A stretch of 60,930 bases of DNA, the filler included. It is 14 parts of 14 records of this genome, joined end to end, with 100 filler letters (N's around TTAATTAATTAA, not from the genome) between each part and the next. Parts side by side here need not be neighbours in the genome. Positions count along the whole stretch, not along the records: positions 22,120 to 25,319 come from SRR7504441_18547; positions 25,420 to 29,633 come from SRR7504441_18560; positions 29,734 to 32,769 come from SRR7504441_18588; positions 32,870 to 38,438 come from SRR7504441_18594; 10 more parts are not named here. One strand, 5' to 3'. Positions 22,417-34,038 of this stretch are shown in pieces. Under the pieces are notes generated by a model. The model worked only from the letters and a program-made list of their open reading frames with translations, searched no databases and was not told where the DNA came from. Position 1 is the stretch's first letter, and each line of letters opens with the position of its first letter. A program made the translations under genes and the position numbers.

Positions 22417-25049
22417 TTAGTCCTTGCGCAGCAACATCCGCACCTCACGCTCCAGCTGCACAACCCGGATCGCCTCCGACCGGTCATTCCCCTCGACCAG
22501 TGGCTCGATCGCCCGAGCTAGCCTCTCTGCAGTCTGACGCAGCTGCTCGCCGTCCGGTGAGCGGCTGGCCAGCAATCCGGCAGCCTCTATCATCCAGCCG
22601 ACTGCCACAAGCAGCTGCGGCTTGGTCTGCTCCTCGGGCTCGGTTGGGAGCAGCTCTGCCAGTCCGGCCAGCGCAGGCAGCCAGTCGCCCGCCCCGGCCT
22701 GAGCCATCCTGCAGACGAGCCCCGACCCGCCCAACAGCATCGGCCAGTCGCCCGGCCCGACGGCAAGCTCGACCGCCTGCAGTGCCGGCCCGGCCAGCTC
22801 TGCCAGCGCCAGCTGTAGACCTGGGACCGCCCAGCTGTTGGCGAGACCGCGCAGAGCCATCAGCCGCACTGGCCGGTCGTCAGCCTCGGCCCAGCCGACC
22901 AGCAGTCCAACCAATCGGTCGGGCTCGGTCGCCAGCTGTGCGGCCGCCGAGGGCCTGCAGAGCAGCAGTCGGAGCGCGTCCAGGATCACAAAAAGCCCGT
23001 CGGCCGGCCAACCCTCGAGCAGGTCTAGCAGCACGCCAGGCGACAGCTGGTCCGATCGGCTGCCCCCCGGCTCAGTCTGGCCTGGGCGGCCGACCTTGTG
23101 AGGCAGGCGGCCAGCTCCCCGAGGGTCTCCGCGTGCTCCGGCCCGCCCAGCGTGCCCAGTTTGCCCGCGATCCTGTCCAGATTGCCAGTATCAAAGGTAA
23201 GCGGCCGGCCCAGCTCGGAGGGCGCCCTCAGCTGCACCGGGGGTCAGCCGCTCCAGGGGAGCCGCACCAGGCAAGCCAGGACCGCGTGTGTGTTGCTCAG
23301 CCCGCCGCAGGCCGCCGTGAATCCGAGCCAGGCCGCGCCGTGCCGGAGCCCGAGCCCCGCCAAGTTGAGCTCCACCCCGCCAAGCATCGACTCGCCGTCA
23401 AGGTGCACAGAGAGCTCGGACACGCCCTGCTCGGAGACCGGGCTGAGCAGCACTCGGACAGTCCGGACGCTGTTGTCGGCCAGCCTGGGCAGCTCGGAGG
23501 TGCATCCGATCGAGCATCGGTGGTGGGCGCTGTTGGGCCCGGAGGCCTGGGTGTGGACGCTCAGGTGGTTGCCACTCGGGTCAGCGCTCGCCTCCTGGTT
23601 CATGTAAGTGTCAAAGTCTATGGCCACCGACTGAAGCAGCCCGCCGAAGCCCTGCTCGCTCCCGCCCTGGCCTATGGCCCGGCAACCGACCTGCCAGTCG
23701 CCGTGCAGCACCAGCGCCATCCCGTCTGCCTGCCCGGTGCCCAGCTGAATCTGGCACAGGATCTCAAGCCCGCCCTCCAGCTGGACCGGCCGCCGGAGCC
23801 AGACCGCCCCGGCCTGGTCCGGCTTCTGCTCGGTCAGCTGGCAGCCGTGCTCGGTCCACTTTGCGTCGCCCACCAGCGCCCACTGCTCGCTCTCGCTCAA
23901 CGGAGCCCACTCACCCAGCGCAGCCAGGCCCTCCGGGAGCACCAGAGAGCCGCACTCAGGCGGCCGGCCGCCCAGCTCGCCCCGGCTCCGGCGCCATGCC
24001 TCGGCCCCGGATTGGCGCCCGAGCCTCTCAGCCCTATTCAGCTCAGCCGCGCCGGAGTCACCGTGAGCCGCAAGCTCGGCAGCCTCACTCGCTTGCCGCT
24101 GGGCTAGAATCTCCGGCCTGGCACTGCTAGCCCTGAGCGCCTGGTCCACCAGCCCGACCGCCCGGCCCATCCAGTCCTCCGGCAGCCAGCGCCGGCCGGC
24201 CAGCTTGCTGCTGAAGAAGCAGGTGTACCGCTTGGTCACGTCGGCCATGTTGTCGCGTCCGGCAGAAACCACGTACGTGAGCTCCTTGCCCCAACCGGCC
24301 TCGTAGGTCATCGGGGCGTCCCGCGAGCCCTCGCACGCGTCCGAGTGCACCCAGCGCTGCTCGGGCTCCGACCAGACTTCGGTCCAGACGTGGTCTGTCC
24401 AGTCGCAGCAATACCGCGCCTCTAGCCCCACCGCCCGGCAGCACAGCGTGAAGCAGTTGGCGTACTCGCCGCAACGGCCGGTCCGCGTCTCGAGCAGCTT
24501 GGCCGGGTGGTTGTACCGCGGGAAGCGCGTCAGTTGCCCGCAGCTGTCGCACTGGTAAAGCTCGGTCCGGCCGGCCAGCCATCGGGCCTCCTCCGGAGTC
24601 GGGTCAACGCTCCCGATCCCGCGGGTGCTCGCGGCCCCGCAGTGGACGCAGCCCGGGGCGTCGGTCCAGCGGAAGAACTCGGCCTTGAACCAGCGGACCA
24701 GCTGGCCGTGCAGGGCGGCCATCAGCGCCCCGTGCGAGCCGTCCGGCACCGCCGCCTCGGCCTCGGCGCGCAGCCGTTGGACCGGGATCTGGCGGCGGGC
24801 GGCGAAGATCAGCTGCCAGTCCTCGTACATGAGCACTTGCCGGGCGTTGGCGACCAGTCGCTCGCCCATCTCCATCTGCTCCGAGGTGCACGGCCCGAGC
24901 CCGCCCAGCCGGAGCTGCCCGAGCAGGCCATCCAGCCCGGTCCTTGCCGCCGGCGCCTCGAGCACCGCCCGGATCTGACGGAAGAAAAGCCCCACCTCGT
25001 CCCACCGGTCCGGTCCCTGGCCTGCGGGTGCGGCAGGTGCTGACGCCAT
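22417..25049 (-). CDS. PNG1: Cytosolic peptide:N-glycanase (PNGase) fused to an L-type lectin domain and a PUL domain
   Basis: Zn motifs CVHC and CDSC; FPRYNHPAKLLETRTGRCGE, DHVWTEV, WVHSDACE; lectin motifs QAGAVW, ADGMALV, DFDTYMN, LGFTAACGG; introns 23232-23267 and 23060-23094 continue the frame into LTFDTGNLDRIAGKL...WPADGLFVILDALRL. Confidence 0.88.
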
Positions 25050-25527
25050 TCTGCCCTGATCCTGCGTCTGGACCTGGTCGTGACAAGGCAGGTAGGTAGG
25101 TGCTGACGCCTCGTGATGAACCGAAGACGCTTCGGCCGCTCTAGAGCACCTCGGCCGGGGGACGACTGCGATGATGTGGACCCTGGGCTGCGGGTGCTGC
25201 TCAGCGCCTTCGAGCAGGCCCACGCCGAGCTGGGTCTATCCGCGCTCTGATCTCGAGCCGGCAGGCGAGTTCTCTGACACCGCTACGGTAAACGTGTGAT
25301 TCAAGACTCATAGTTCCGANNNNNNNNNNNNNNNNNNNNNNNNNNNNNNNNNNNNNNNNNNNNTTAATTAATTAANNNNNNNNNNNNNNNNNNNNNNNNN
25401 NNNNNNNNNNNNNNNNNNNATTTACGCCAACACACTGATATGTGTTTTTTGCGCGCAGCCCTTCAGGCTTCCATGGAGCAAATGTAGTTCGTGCAACTTT
25501 ATCATCGATGTCGACTGCATCTGGCCC

Positions 25528-27982
25528 TCATCCAGCTTTGATGATCAAAGGTTCCTGAGTTGTTGGTCTGTGCTTCTCAAGCCAGTGAAGGGCTTGAGCC
25601 CGGATTTGGGCATACTGCTGTGACAGGCCTCCGGCAACTACAAATGCTCGACATGCTGCCTCTAGCCGTGAAGTCGCTTGCAGCACCACCTACAGGCAAC
25701 GAATGAATTTTAAGGCAAACTCGGCACGCACTCCTAGACCGGCATACCCACTCGCTCGCTGCGGATCAAGCTTGATTGTCACCCGGAAGGCCTTCTCGGC
25801 CTCAGGCAGCCGCTTCGCGCTTTCAAGTACCACACCCTTATTGTCCCAAAGCTGTGCGTTATCAGGAGCTACGGCTAGTCCAGCCTGCAGGATCTCAAGA
25901 GCCTCGCTATACTGCTTTTGCTGGTGCAGGTACACACCCAGGTTATTGTACGGATCCGGCTTGTCGGGCGCCAGCGTTAGACAGTGCTCAAACGCCTGCT
26001 TAGCTTCACTCTTACCTAAAGCAGACAAAGATTCACCGATGCCTGTAAATGCTTCAAGAACCACTCTGGAACTGTTAGATTCCCCGGCCAATGCAGCGGC
26101 CTTCTGATACTGAGGAAGCGCTGCAGCAGGTCGCCCTAGCTGAAGCTGCGCAGTGGCTAAATTAGTATGCATCTGAGGTTTGCTGGAGCCAGAATAAATG
26201 AAATCTTTGAGTTCGAGCTGGCTGATGGCTTTTAGATACCATGGCACAGCTTCGGCCAGACGCTCCTGCCGATGAAGTGAGGTAGCTAGCCCGTTCATGG
26301 CCTCGTGCGCATCTGGATTTAGGGTGAGTGCTGTCCTCAGCTTGGCCTCAGCCACTTTTGCAACTGATACGTCATGACTGCTGGCTAGGAGATCAGCAGC
26401 CACCCCAAAGTGGCCCTGATAGCTGTGTGGACACCACTGGGTATTTGAAACCCAAAGTTGTCGAGGCGAGCACCACTCGGTCAGCCGGAGCCCTGTCCGT
26501 ATTGAAAGCATGATGGAGACCAAGAGCATTAAGCAAGTCCCAAGTCGTCCACTCTTATGGGCTAGGCTAACAAGTAACAACGAGAAACCCGCAGCCGGTA
26601 GATACATGACCCGCTCAGCCACAACAAATCCAACGGGAAACAGCAGGTTTGAGGCTGGGATAAATGGAGCTACCATCCACGCCAGACTGATCAACAAAGA
26701 ATGCCCTCCACGCCTCACGCCTACTTGTGCTACCGCGACAAGTGCAAGCACAGTTGCCAATGTGCCCAAGTTCCTCACATCTTCGAGCATCGTTACCTTA
26801 GACAAGCCCGAGTAGTCCAAGCAAAGCCGAACTGGGAGTGGTAACAATCCAGCGTGAAGTGTGGCCAAGTAGGTGTAGTTGATTCGGCGGGCAAAGCTGT
26901 CGTTCTCTGCGTGTGATTCTACTGCGTGGTCGGGCATGGTCCCACCCTGGAGGCTCCATCGCCACCAGCCGAGTGCTGCAACTGTGCCCAGCAATCCCAA
27001 GACCCGAAACGGCCGGACTCGGCGGGATGATACAGCACCAAAGAATTCATAGACCAGCAGTACTGCTGCCAGTGCCGCCCCGGTCTCCTTAGCAAGCATT
27101 GCTGCCATGAGTACCAGGAGAGATGCAAAAGTTGCGGCCAGCCCACCCCTTGTCCACAGCTCGGCAGACACAAAAGAGAGCAGAGCACAGAGCACGTCCC
27201 CGCGATTGGCTACAGAAGCCACTGCCTCAACAGCCACGGGGTGCACCGCAAACACCAATGCCGCGCAACCCGCATATCGTGAATCCGGTAGCAGCCGCAC
27301 CGCCACCCGGAACAGACAGCTAGTGCTCACTGCGTGCAGAGCAGCTGAGGTGACCCGCCACGGCGCCGCGTCCTTGACGCCCCAGGCCAGCCAGTCTAGC
27401 TTGAGTGTGGCGCTGGTGAGCGGCCGGTACGACTTGTGCGATCTCGGATCGTCCATCAGCCCGCCCCAGTAGTCCCTGGTGAGCAGCTCGGCCCAGGGGC
27501 CTGCCAGCAGCCGAGGGTTGCGCTCCACCAGCAGCTTGTCGTCGTACACCCAGCCCAGCGGCCGCTCGCACACGGTTGACGGCACGCCGAGGTAGAGCCC
27601 CAGCGCCGCCAGCAGTGGGACCACCCAGCACAGGTCGGTCGAGAGCCATCCGCCAGCCAGCTCCAACCGGCCAGCTGGGCGCGCCGGTGCAATTGGCCCG
27701 GGCGACGGTGGCGGTGCGGCTTGCTCTGGCGCAGGCTTGGGCGGAGGGGCGAGCTCGGGCGACGGTGGGGGCGTGGTTTGCTCTGGCTCGGGCGGAGGGG
27801 TGAGCGTCTCGCCGAGGAGCTGGCGGCACATCTGTCAGGCCGGGCTGGGGCTGGAAGCTCACCTGGCGCACCGCCTGCCGGAAGTCGCCGTCGGCATCCT
27901 GCAGCGCCTGCCGGTTGGCCGCCGGATCGTCGAACCCGAGGCGGGCCAGCAATTCCAGGTCCAACTCGGCAGAGCTCGCCAT
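25528..27982 (-). CDS. TMTC-type protein O-mannosyltransferase (GT-C/DUF1736 + TPR) with N-terminal UBA domain
   Basis: VYDD, DYWG...SHKSYRPLT, FAVHPV, FIPASNLLFPVGFVVAERVMYLP, C-terminal TPRs; exon 1 encodes a UBA-like motif; introns 27820-27862 and about 25690-25731. Confidence 0.85.
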
Positions 27983-28225
27983 GCTGCCAGGGCTCACTGG
28001 TCGAACACAGGACCCGACAGCTACAATCATGATCAGATGAACTGAACGCTGTACATGCACAGCGCCACAGCCGTACGAACTCGTAGATCTACGTGTAGGT
28101 TAATTCTACTTCGCCTTACCGGTAGCTATAGTCTAGACTTGCTATAATACACTGATTTACTTAATAATACGTACGTACTAGAATGATTTACTGTAGAAGG
28201 TTATGCGTACTATTAGTCCCGACCT

Positions 28226-29633
28226 TTAGAAATAAATCAGCGTCCGTAGCTGCGAGTAGTATGAGAATAGAGCTCTTATCAATAATACGGCCGCGGTGCA
28301 ATAGTTAGTAGGGTTGGTGGATAGAGCTCTCGTCAATAGGGGGGGGGGCAGCCTAGCTAGCGGGTTCGTAAATCTGCTGAATTCGGCTCGATCGATCACA
28401 CCATCCTTGTTCAGGTCCATCGCGTCAAACATGAGGCTGGACTGCACCTCTGGTAGTAAATTAGTTGATGGATTCAACGCACTCAATCGAAGCCCAAGGT
28501 CAGTGCTCGCATGTGGAGTCGACCAGTGGTTGGGAGGCACCTGCATGACACAGTCACTGATTTATGTGACTTGCTCTGCCACCATCTCGGGCCGATGCCA
28601 GTGAGCCGGCTGGCTTCGCCAAGCATGATCTTGTGGATTAGGTTGGGCTGGTATAGAAAACACACGGCGCTGCACCCTGTGCCTGGCCTCGATGAGCAAC
28701 CCCCAAAGCCAATGGTCTAGCTCACTCGGGCTGAATGGAGGGCTCCTGCAAGTAGCAGTTCTCAGCTTGCCATCTCCACAAATCAAATGCCAAGAGCAGG
28801 GCCCAGTGCACCTGACCCACGCTTAAGGGATGGTGTCTCTCAAGCAAGCACCTTGTGCACAACTGCTTTCGTGTGATTGTGTCTTACTCTATCCATCCTC
28901 TGGCATTCAGCTTGCCAAGCAGAGAGTGCCATGACAATGTGCTTTTGCTGTGCCCTGCAAACATTCACTCAAGCAATGAACGCAGTTCCAAGCACTACAA
29001 GTGACTCACCAAGACGAGGCTATGCTGTACTTCTGGCAGAGCTGTGCTCTCTCCGTACTCTGCAGACATACGCGGTTAGTCCAATACAGCGCTCTCATAG
29101 CAGAATTTCAGAGATACCGCAGAATTCCAGCGCATGAAGTAGAAGACCAGCTTCCAAAGCCGCCAGCGCTCAATTGCAGCCACTATTGCTTTGATCCCAA
29201 TCCCTGCTGCGGCAGTTGATGTCCTCCAGGCCAGGAAATTCCGGTGCATCCTTCTCATGGCCAACTTATCAAGTGCTGCTGATGCACTCGCCGATATAGC
29301 AGTTTTGCCTCTATCAGGCCGAAGGATTTGCCAAGCATGGACAAGGCTAAAGTGTCGATGCAAAAGCGCTGTCGCATGCCAAATGCTTACTCGCTGCTTG
29401 ATCGTTTTCCATGTAACAAACGCCCTATGTTTCCGCTTCTGGCAGAGCTTTCGGTAAGTACGAATGAACATCATATATGTCGCAAATGCCGAGGCTGTGG
29501 CAACTCTCCACTGATTCCAAGCACAGCAAAGGGTTCTAAGCCACATGAACTTGACAGCTCGAAAGAGAACCATGCCCTCCTGCATTGTAAGAGCGCACAG
29601 CGAGCGCCACCTCCCAAACGACGATGCAAGCTT
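28226..29633 (-). CDS. Uncharacterised protein with Sfi1-like Trp repeats and a C-terminal EF-hand, 5'-truncated, intron-split
   Basis: Repeated AWNQWR, AFVTWK and NFLAWR motifs; FDAMDLNKDGVIDRAEF. Confidence 0.45.
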
Positions 29634-29941
29634 NNNNNNNNNNNNNNNNNNNNNNNNNNNNNNNNNNNNNNNNNNNNTTAATTAATTAANNNNNNNNNNN
29701 NNNNNNNNNNNNNNNNNNNNNNNNNNNNNNNNNAAATCTAATCTTGAAGAACGAGTCTTATAGCCAGGATGGCTCAAGAACAAAAAGGGAGAGCCGGAAT
29801 GTACATGTAAATCAATATTCGAAATTTATTCGAAATTTCACAAATTACCGGTAATTCTATCATTTTTCTACGGTCAGTTAATTGTTTGAGTCAAATTTGG
29901 CGTGTACCCTACTCTACCATGACCTTTGCACTTGCACATCC

Positions 29942-31505
29942 TCACACGAGTGCGACTTTAACTCTCTCTGCATGCCGCTCAGAGATCCTCATGTCGGGCA
30001 AGAGCTCAGTAGGCTGGGCTAACTCATATATCTCTGGATGCTCTATTATGAACGAGTCAGCCACTGGTGGGGTGTCGAGTGTAGTCCGCCTGGATCCATT
30101 GACCGACTTTGCCGGTTGCAACCCTGTTGGCGGGATTTCTGCCGCTGTTGAGGTTTTCAGCTGCCGCTGTTGTTTTCGACGTTCTCGATCTGCTGTTTCC
30201 TGCTTAGATGCCTTGTCGACCTCTCGCTTGAGCGCCTCCAGCTCACACTGCTTCTGCTTCTCCATGGCAGCCTGTGCCTTCTCCATCTTTTCGGGCGAAT
30301 GCTCCTGCTTGTACTGCTCGGCCAACTGCTTCTTAAGCATCTCGATCTCTTGCTGCTTCTCCGTCTCCATCTGCTCCCTCAGCTGTGCCATCTCATGCTG
30401 ATATAAAGCCTCCCTTTCCTGCTGTTGCCGCTGGACCGCCTCCATCTCGGCCTGGTGCTGGCTCATCAGACTGGCCATCTCCTGGTGCCATGCCATGTTT
30501 GCAGCCGCCTCCTTGTCCACACAAAGCAGCCGCCTCATGCAGTCAATCTCCCCGTAAGTTAACCCAAGAGACAGCGCATACCCGCTGCCCAGCAGTCAGC
30601 CCGGCCGATAGCGCGGGCGCACCGTGCAGCGACGTTGGCAGAGCTGGGCTTGCCCGGGGCGATCTGCTTGAGGTGCTCGATTGTTTGTTGCATCGCCTTC
30701 TCCGGCGATAGCAGCTGCCAGTCCTGACCACCAGCTGAGCTAGGGTTGAGGCTATTCAGGCACCTCGTACTTGGCCATCCGGGGCTGGCCGAGCCGCTTG
30801 GCCTTGAGCAGCTGGACCTCCGAGGCTGCATAGTCGGAGATCACTGTTTGCTCTGGCACTTCACACAGGAGCAACACTAAGGCTACCAGCAGCCCAGTCC
30901 GGTCCTTGCCGTGGATGCAGTGCACCAGTGTAGGGTAATTGGACGGCTCAGCAAAGTACTGCAACGCCTCCAGCAGTTCAGGCCCCGAGTTGTCCAGGAT
31001 GATGCAGTAGAGCCCTCCGAAACCGAGATGATCCCGTATGCTGCACTGCATCTGCAGCTCGGTGTCCGCGCTAAATACATTCGAGATGGCGTCCCCGGTG
31101 GGTATGGCCCGGAAGATGGCCAGACCCGTCGGGCTGGTGGGCACCAGGTTGACCAGGTGCCGCTCCACGTGCTCCGGGCAGCTGGAAGGTGCCACTCCAC
31201 TGGCGGCCGCCTCGGCCTCCTCCACGTCCTTGGGCCGGCGCAGATCCACGATGCACTTGATCACCATTAAATCCTGTACCGAGTACACCTCTGCCCCGGG
31301 CTCAGCCGGGCCGCCGGCCGGGGTGCGCGCCTGACGACCGGTAGAACATGTTGGGCAACAGCCCGCCGATGGCCCCGACGTCCCGCCAGTTGCATGGGCC
31401 CTTCCAGCTTGTGGTGCGGCACGAGCTCAATCGGGTGCTGGGCTTCTCCTGTCCCAGCGGCTTGGGCTTGTTGTCTGCGGGTTGCGCCGACGAGCAGTTG
31501 CCCAT
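29942..31505 (-). CDS. Protein tyrosine/dual-specificity phosphatase (Y_phosphatase3/IphP-like) with C-terminal coiled coil and a predicted N-myristoyl start
   Basis: MGNCSS start; NWRDVG, FYRSS, IVDLR, P-loop VHCIHGKDRTG, ISDYAAS; introns include GC-AG 31291-31330. Confidence 0.8.
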
Positions 31506-31763
31506 CGGTTACGATCGCCGGACCCTCGCCACGGCAGCCGAACGTGCCGTTGGCACTTTGCTGTGGCCAGACTCTCAATCGCAGACTGTCAAGGAAAGTG
31601 ACAGGTCATTCGTCCCACCGCATAAGCGCAGGTCAGGCGACTGGCCGTCACTTTCCTTGCAGCCAACGGCTGTCGGCTCCATTGCCGATTTTCTTTTATC
31701 AACGGTCTGTTTTATTGTGTTTTAGTTAGTTATACAACTCTTTGAAGTATCAACCGAACAATT

Positions 31764-32769
31764 TCATTGCATCCGTGGTAATCGCATCCTCGCATTCACG
31801 TATGCTTGTGTCTGTGGCGTGTACGCTGCCGGAGCATACCGCGACACAGGTGGCTGAGCTGGACTGCCATACCTTCCTTGCCTTAGGGACGCCAGTCGCT
31901 GTGCATAACGGTCCACCTGGCTACCAGACGCATACTCGGCCTCAACCTCATTGTGCCCGCTTGTGTGTGTCTGGTTGCTGGTCTTGGCTGCTGCTTGATC
32001 ATCTCGACCCATGATACCGTTCAGTGCCAGGCTTCCCTGCGCAGTCTGCAGAATGTCTCTCAAGCTCAGATCTGTCTGGGCATCGCCGGCCAGATGGGCT
32101 GGGATCGTAGGTGGGGGCATTGTGCTGGCAGGAGAATCGAATAACGGGTTGGAGCCTAGTGTTACCGACGCTTTAGGCGTGCGATGGGTGAGGGTGGGCT
32201 TTTGGTCCTCCAACAGCATGTCCTGAAATAAGTGGGTGTTGCCTAATAGCACGGTGGCAAGCGCGTGCGCCTTTGCCTTGGCACTGTCGTCGTCCACCCT
32301 TTCCTCCACTGGCCCGTGAGAGCTGGCTAGATTTGACTTTGCGAGCGCTGCTTCCGCCACAGCGAGACGAGCCGTCATCTTTTCAACCTCGGCGCTGACA
32401 TCAATCAATTGGTGGCTTTTGGCAACGTTCTCAGATTGACTCTTGGAGAGGTCCTGCCTTGAGTTTTCTAGATCGCTCATCATCGAGAGCATGGATCGGG
32501 CGTGCTGCGCTTCCATCATGTGCTTGTCTGACTCAAGCTCAGAGACCCGACTCTCCTTGTCACTCAGTCGACTCTCAAGCTCGGCGACAATCTCAGACTG
32601 AGAAGCAGCCGATTCGGCCAAATTATGCTTCTCTGCAATCAAATCAGTAACCTGGTGATTTGCCGTGTCAAGCTGGCTTGCAAGGTCATTCAATTGACGA
32701 GCATATGGCGATCCTGGCGATCCTCTTGCTACTCGGTCATGCAATTGGCTCACTTGCCTCTGCAGCTCT
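31764..32769 (-). CDS. Coiled-coil protein, C-terminal fragment
   Basis: Heptad-rich ORF open from the contig edge; AT-rich 3' flank. Confidence 0.55.
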
Positions 32770-33204
32770 NNNNNNNNNNNNNNNNNNNNNNNNNNNNNNN
32801 NNNNNNNNNNNNNTTAATTAATTAANNNNNNNNNNNNNNNNNNNNNNNNNNNNNNNNNNNNNNNNNNNNCCCCCCCCCCCCCGGGCGGAGTGACTCGAAA
32901 ACCATGTGCAATAAGGTAGCTGCGATCGGCCGAAATTAAAGGTGGGCGATAAATCGATCGAATGTGCGAGTGCGGAGGGGATTTTCTCCGAAATCATATG
33001 AGCATATTTGTGATAATGTGGGTTTATCTCACAGGATAAAACCGTTCTCTCTCTCCCCGGCTAAGATGTACATTTCTATCAATAATACAGTTTCGCACAC
33101 CTCTTCGAAACCGAGCTTCCGTACAACCGCTCCTCAGCACCAAAAAGCTCCACACGCAGCAAAGACCGTCACATGCGCCGGAGATCTGCCTTTCTCGGCC
33201 CGTT

Positions 33205-33912
33205 CTACACGCTATCGGCCAGCACGGCCGCCGTATACCCTGCGGTGACAAGCATACCAATGTAGTCCCAAGCATCCACAATCGCAGTCGAATCGTACGG
33301 CTGGAGGCAGGAGTGCTCGGCCGCGTAGCTGAGCTTGATCAGCGGGATCATGAACGAGTTGGCCGCGTACATGGTAGCCGGCAGATTCCAGTAGTTGTTT
33401 TGCTCGACTAGCCGTGTCACCCAATTCCCCTCGGCCGTGTGCTTGAAATAGTGCCCGCGTGCCAGCATGTAGACCACCGCCACCAGATTGTGCACCGTGT
33501 TCACCAGCCGGTTCAGCTCGGGCAGCCCGGCCGCCCCGAGCCCGGCCAGGCTGGTCGGGATCGCCGGGGTTGTGAGCGTGACCAGCCAGAGCATAGTCAG
33601 ATGGTCCGTGACGTGGTCCAGCAAGTCGCCGAACTGGGAGCACATCCCCAGCTTCCTTGCCAACGGACCGTCGATGAAGTCCAATCCCAACGACCAGGCC
33701 AGGCACCACAGCGCCCGCAGCCCGGCCGGCTGGTCCGAGAGGACAGCTGCCAGCAGGAGCCCAAGCCGGACGTAGCCCACAAGATTGGGCGGCCAGAACA
33801 CCACTGGAAGCCAGCTTGCGAGGCGTTGGCGTCGGGAGGCCGCCGGCCGCGCTTTCTCCGGCCGGGGCGCGAGGCGAGGCGAGGCGTCGCGGCCGCTGCG
33901 TGTTGCCACCAT
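33205..33912 (-). CDS. CDP-alcohol phosphatidyltransferase, phosphatidylinositol synthase-like
   Basis: PNLVGYVR and LDFIDGPLARKLGMCSQFGDLLDHVTD (CDP-alcohol phosphotransferase signature). Confidence 0.85.
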   Translation of the reverse strand: MVATRSGRDASPRLAPRPEKARPAASRRQRLASWLPVVFWPPNLVGYVRLGLLLAAVLSDQPAGLRALWCLAWSLGLDFIDGPLARKLGMCSQFGDLLDHVTDHLTMLWLVTLTTPAIPTSLAGLGAAGLPELNRLVNTVHNLVAVVYMLARGHYFKHTAEGNWVTRLVEQNNYWNLPATMYAANSFMIPLIKLSYAAEHSCLQPYDSTAIVDAWDYIGMLVTAGYTAAVLADSV

Positions 33913-34038
33913 CCCAAGCGCGCGGGCGGGGTCAAGCGTGCAGAGATCCACGTTGCAACCGACTTTCTTTTTATTTTTAATTAATCTTGCCGTTGCACGC
34001 CGTGCTGCCACGCATGAAGACGATGAGAGGAGCCGCGC

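Noticed and set aside
22417-27982. PNGase next to UBA-TMTC as a glycoprotein quality-control gene cluster
   Set aside because: They lie on different contigs separated by the linker at 25320-25419, so adjacency is not evidence of linkage
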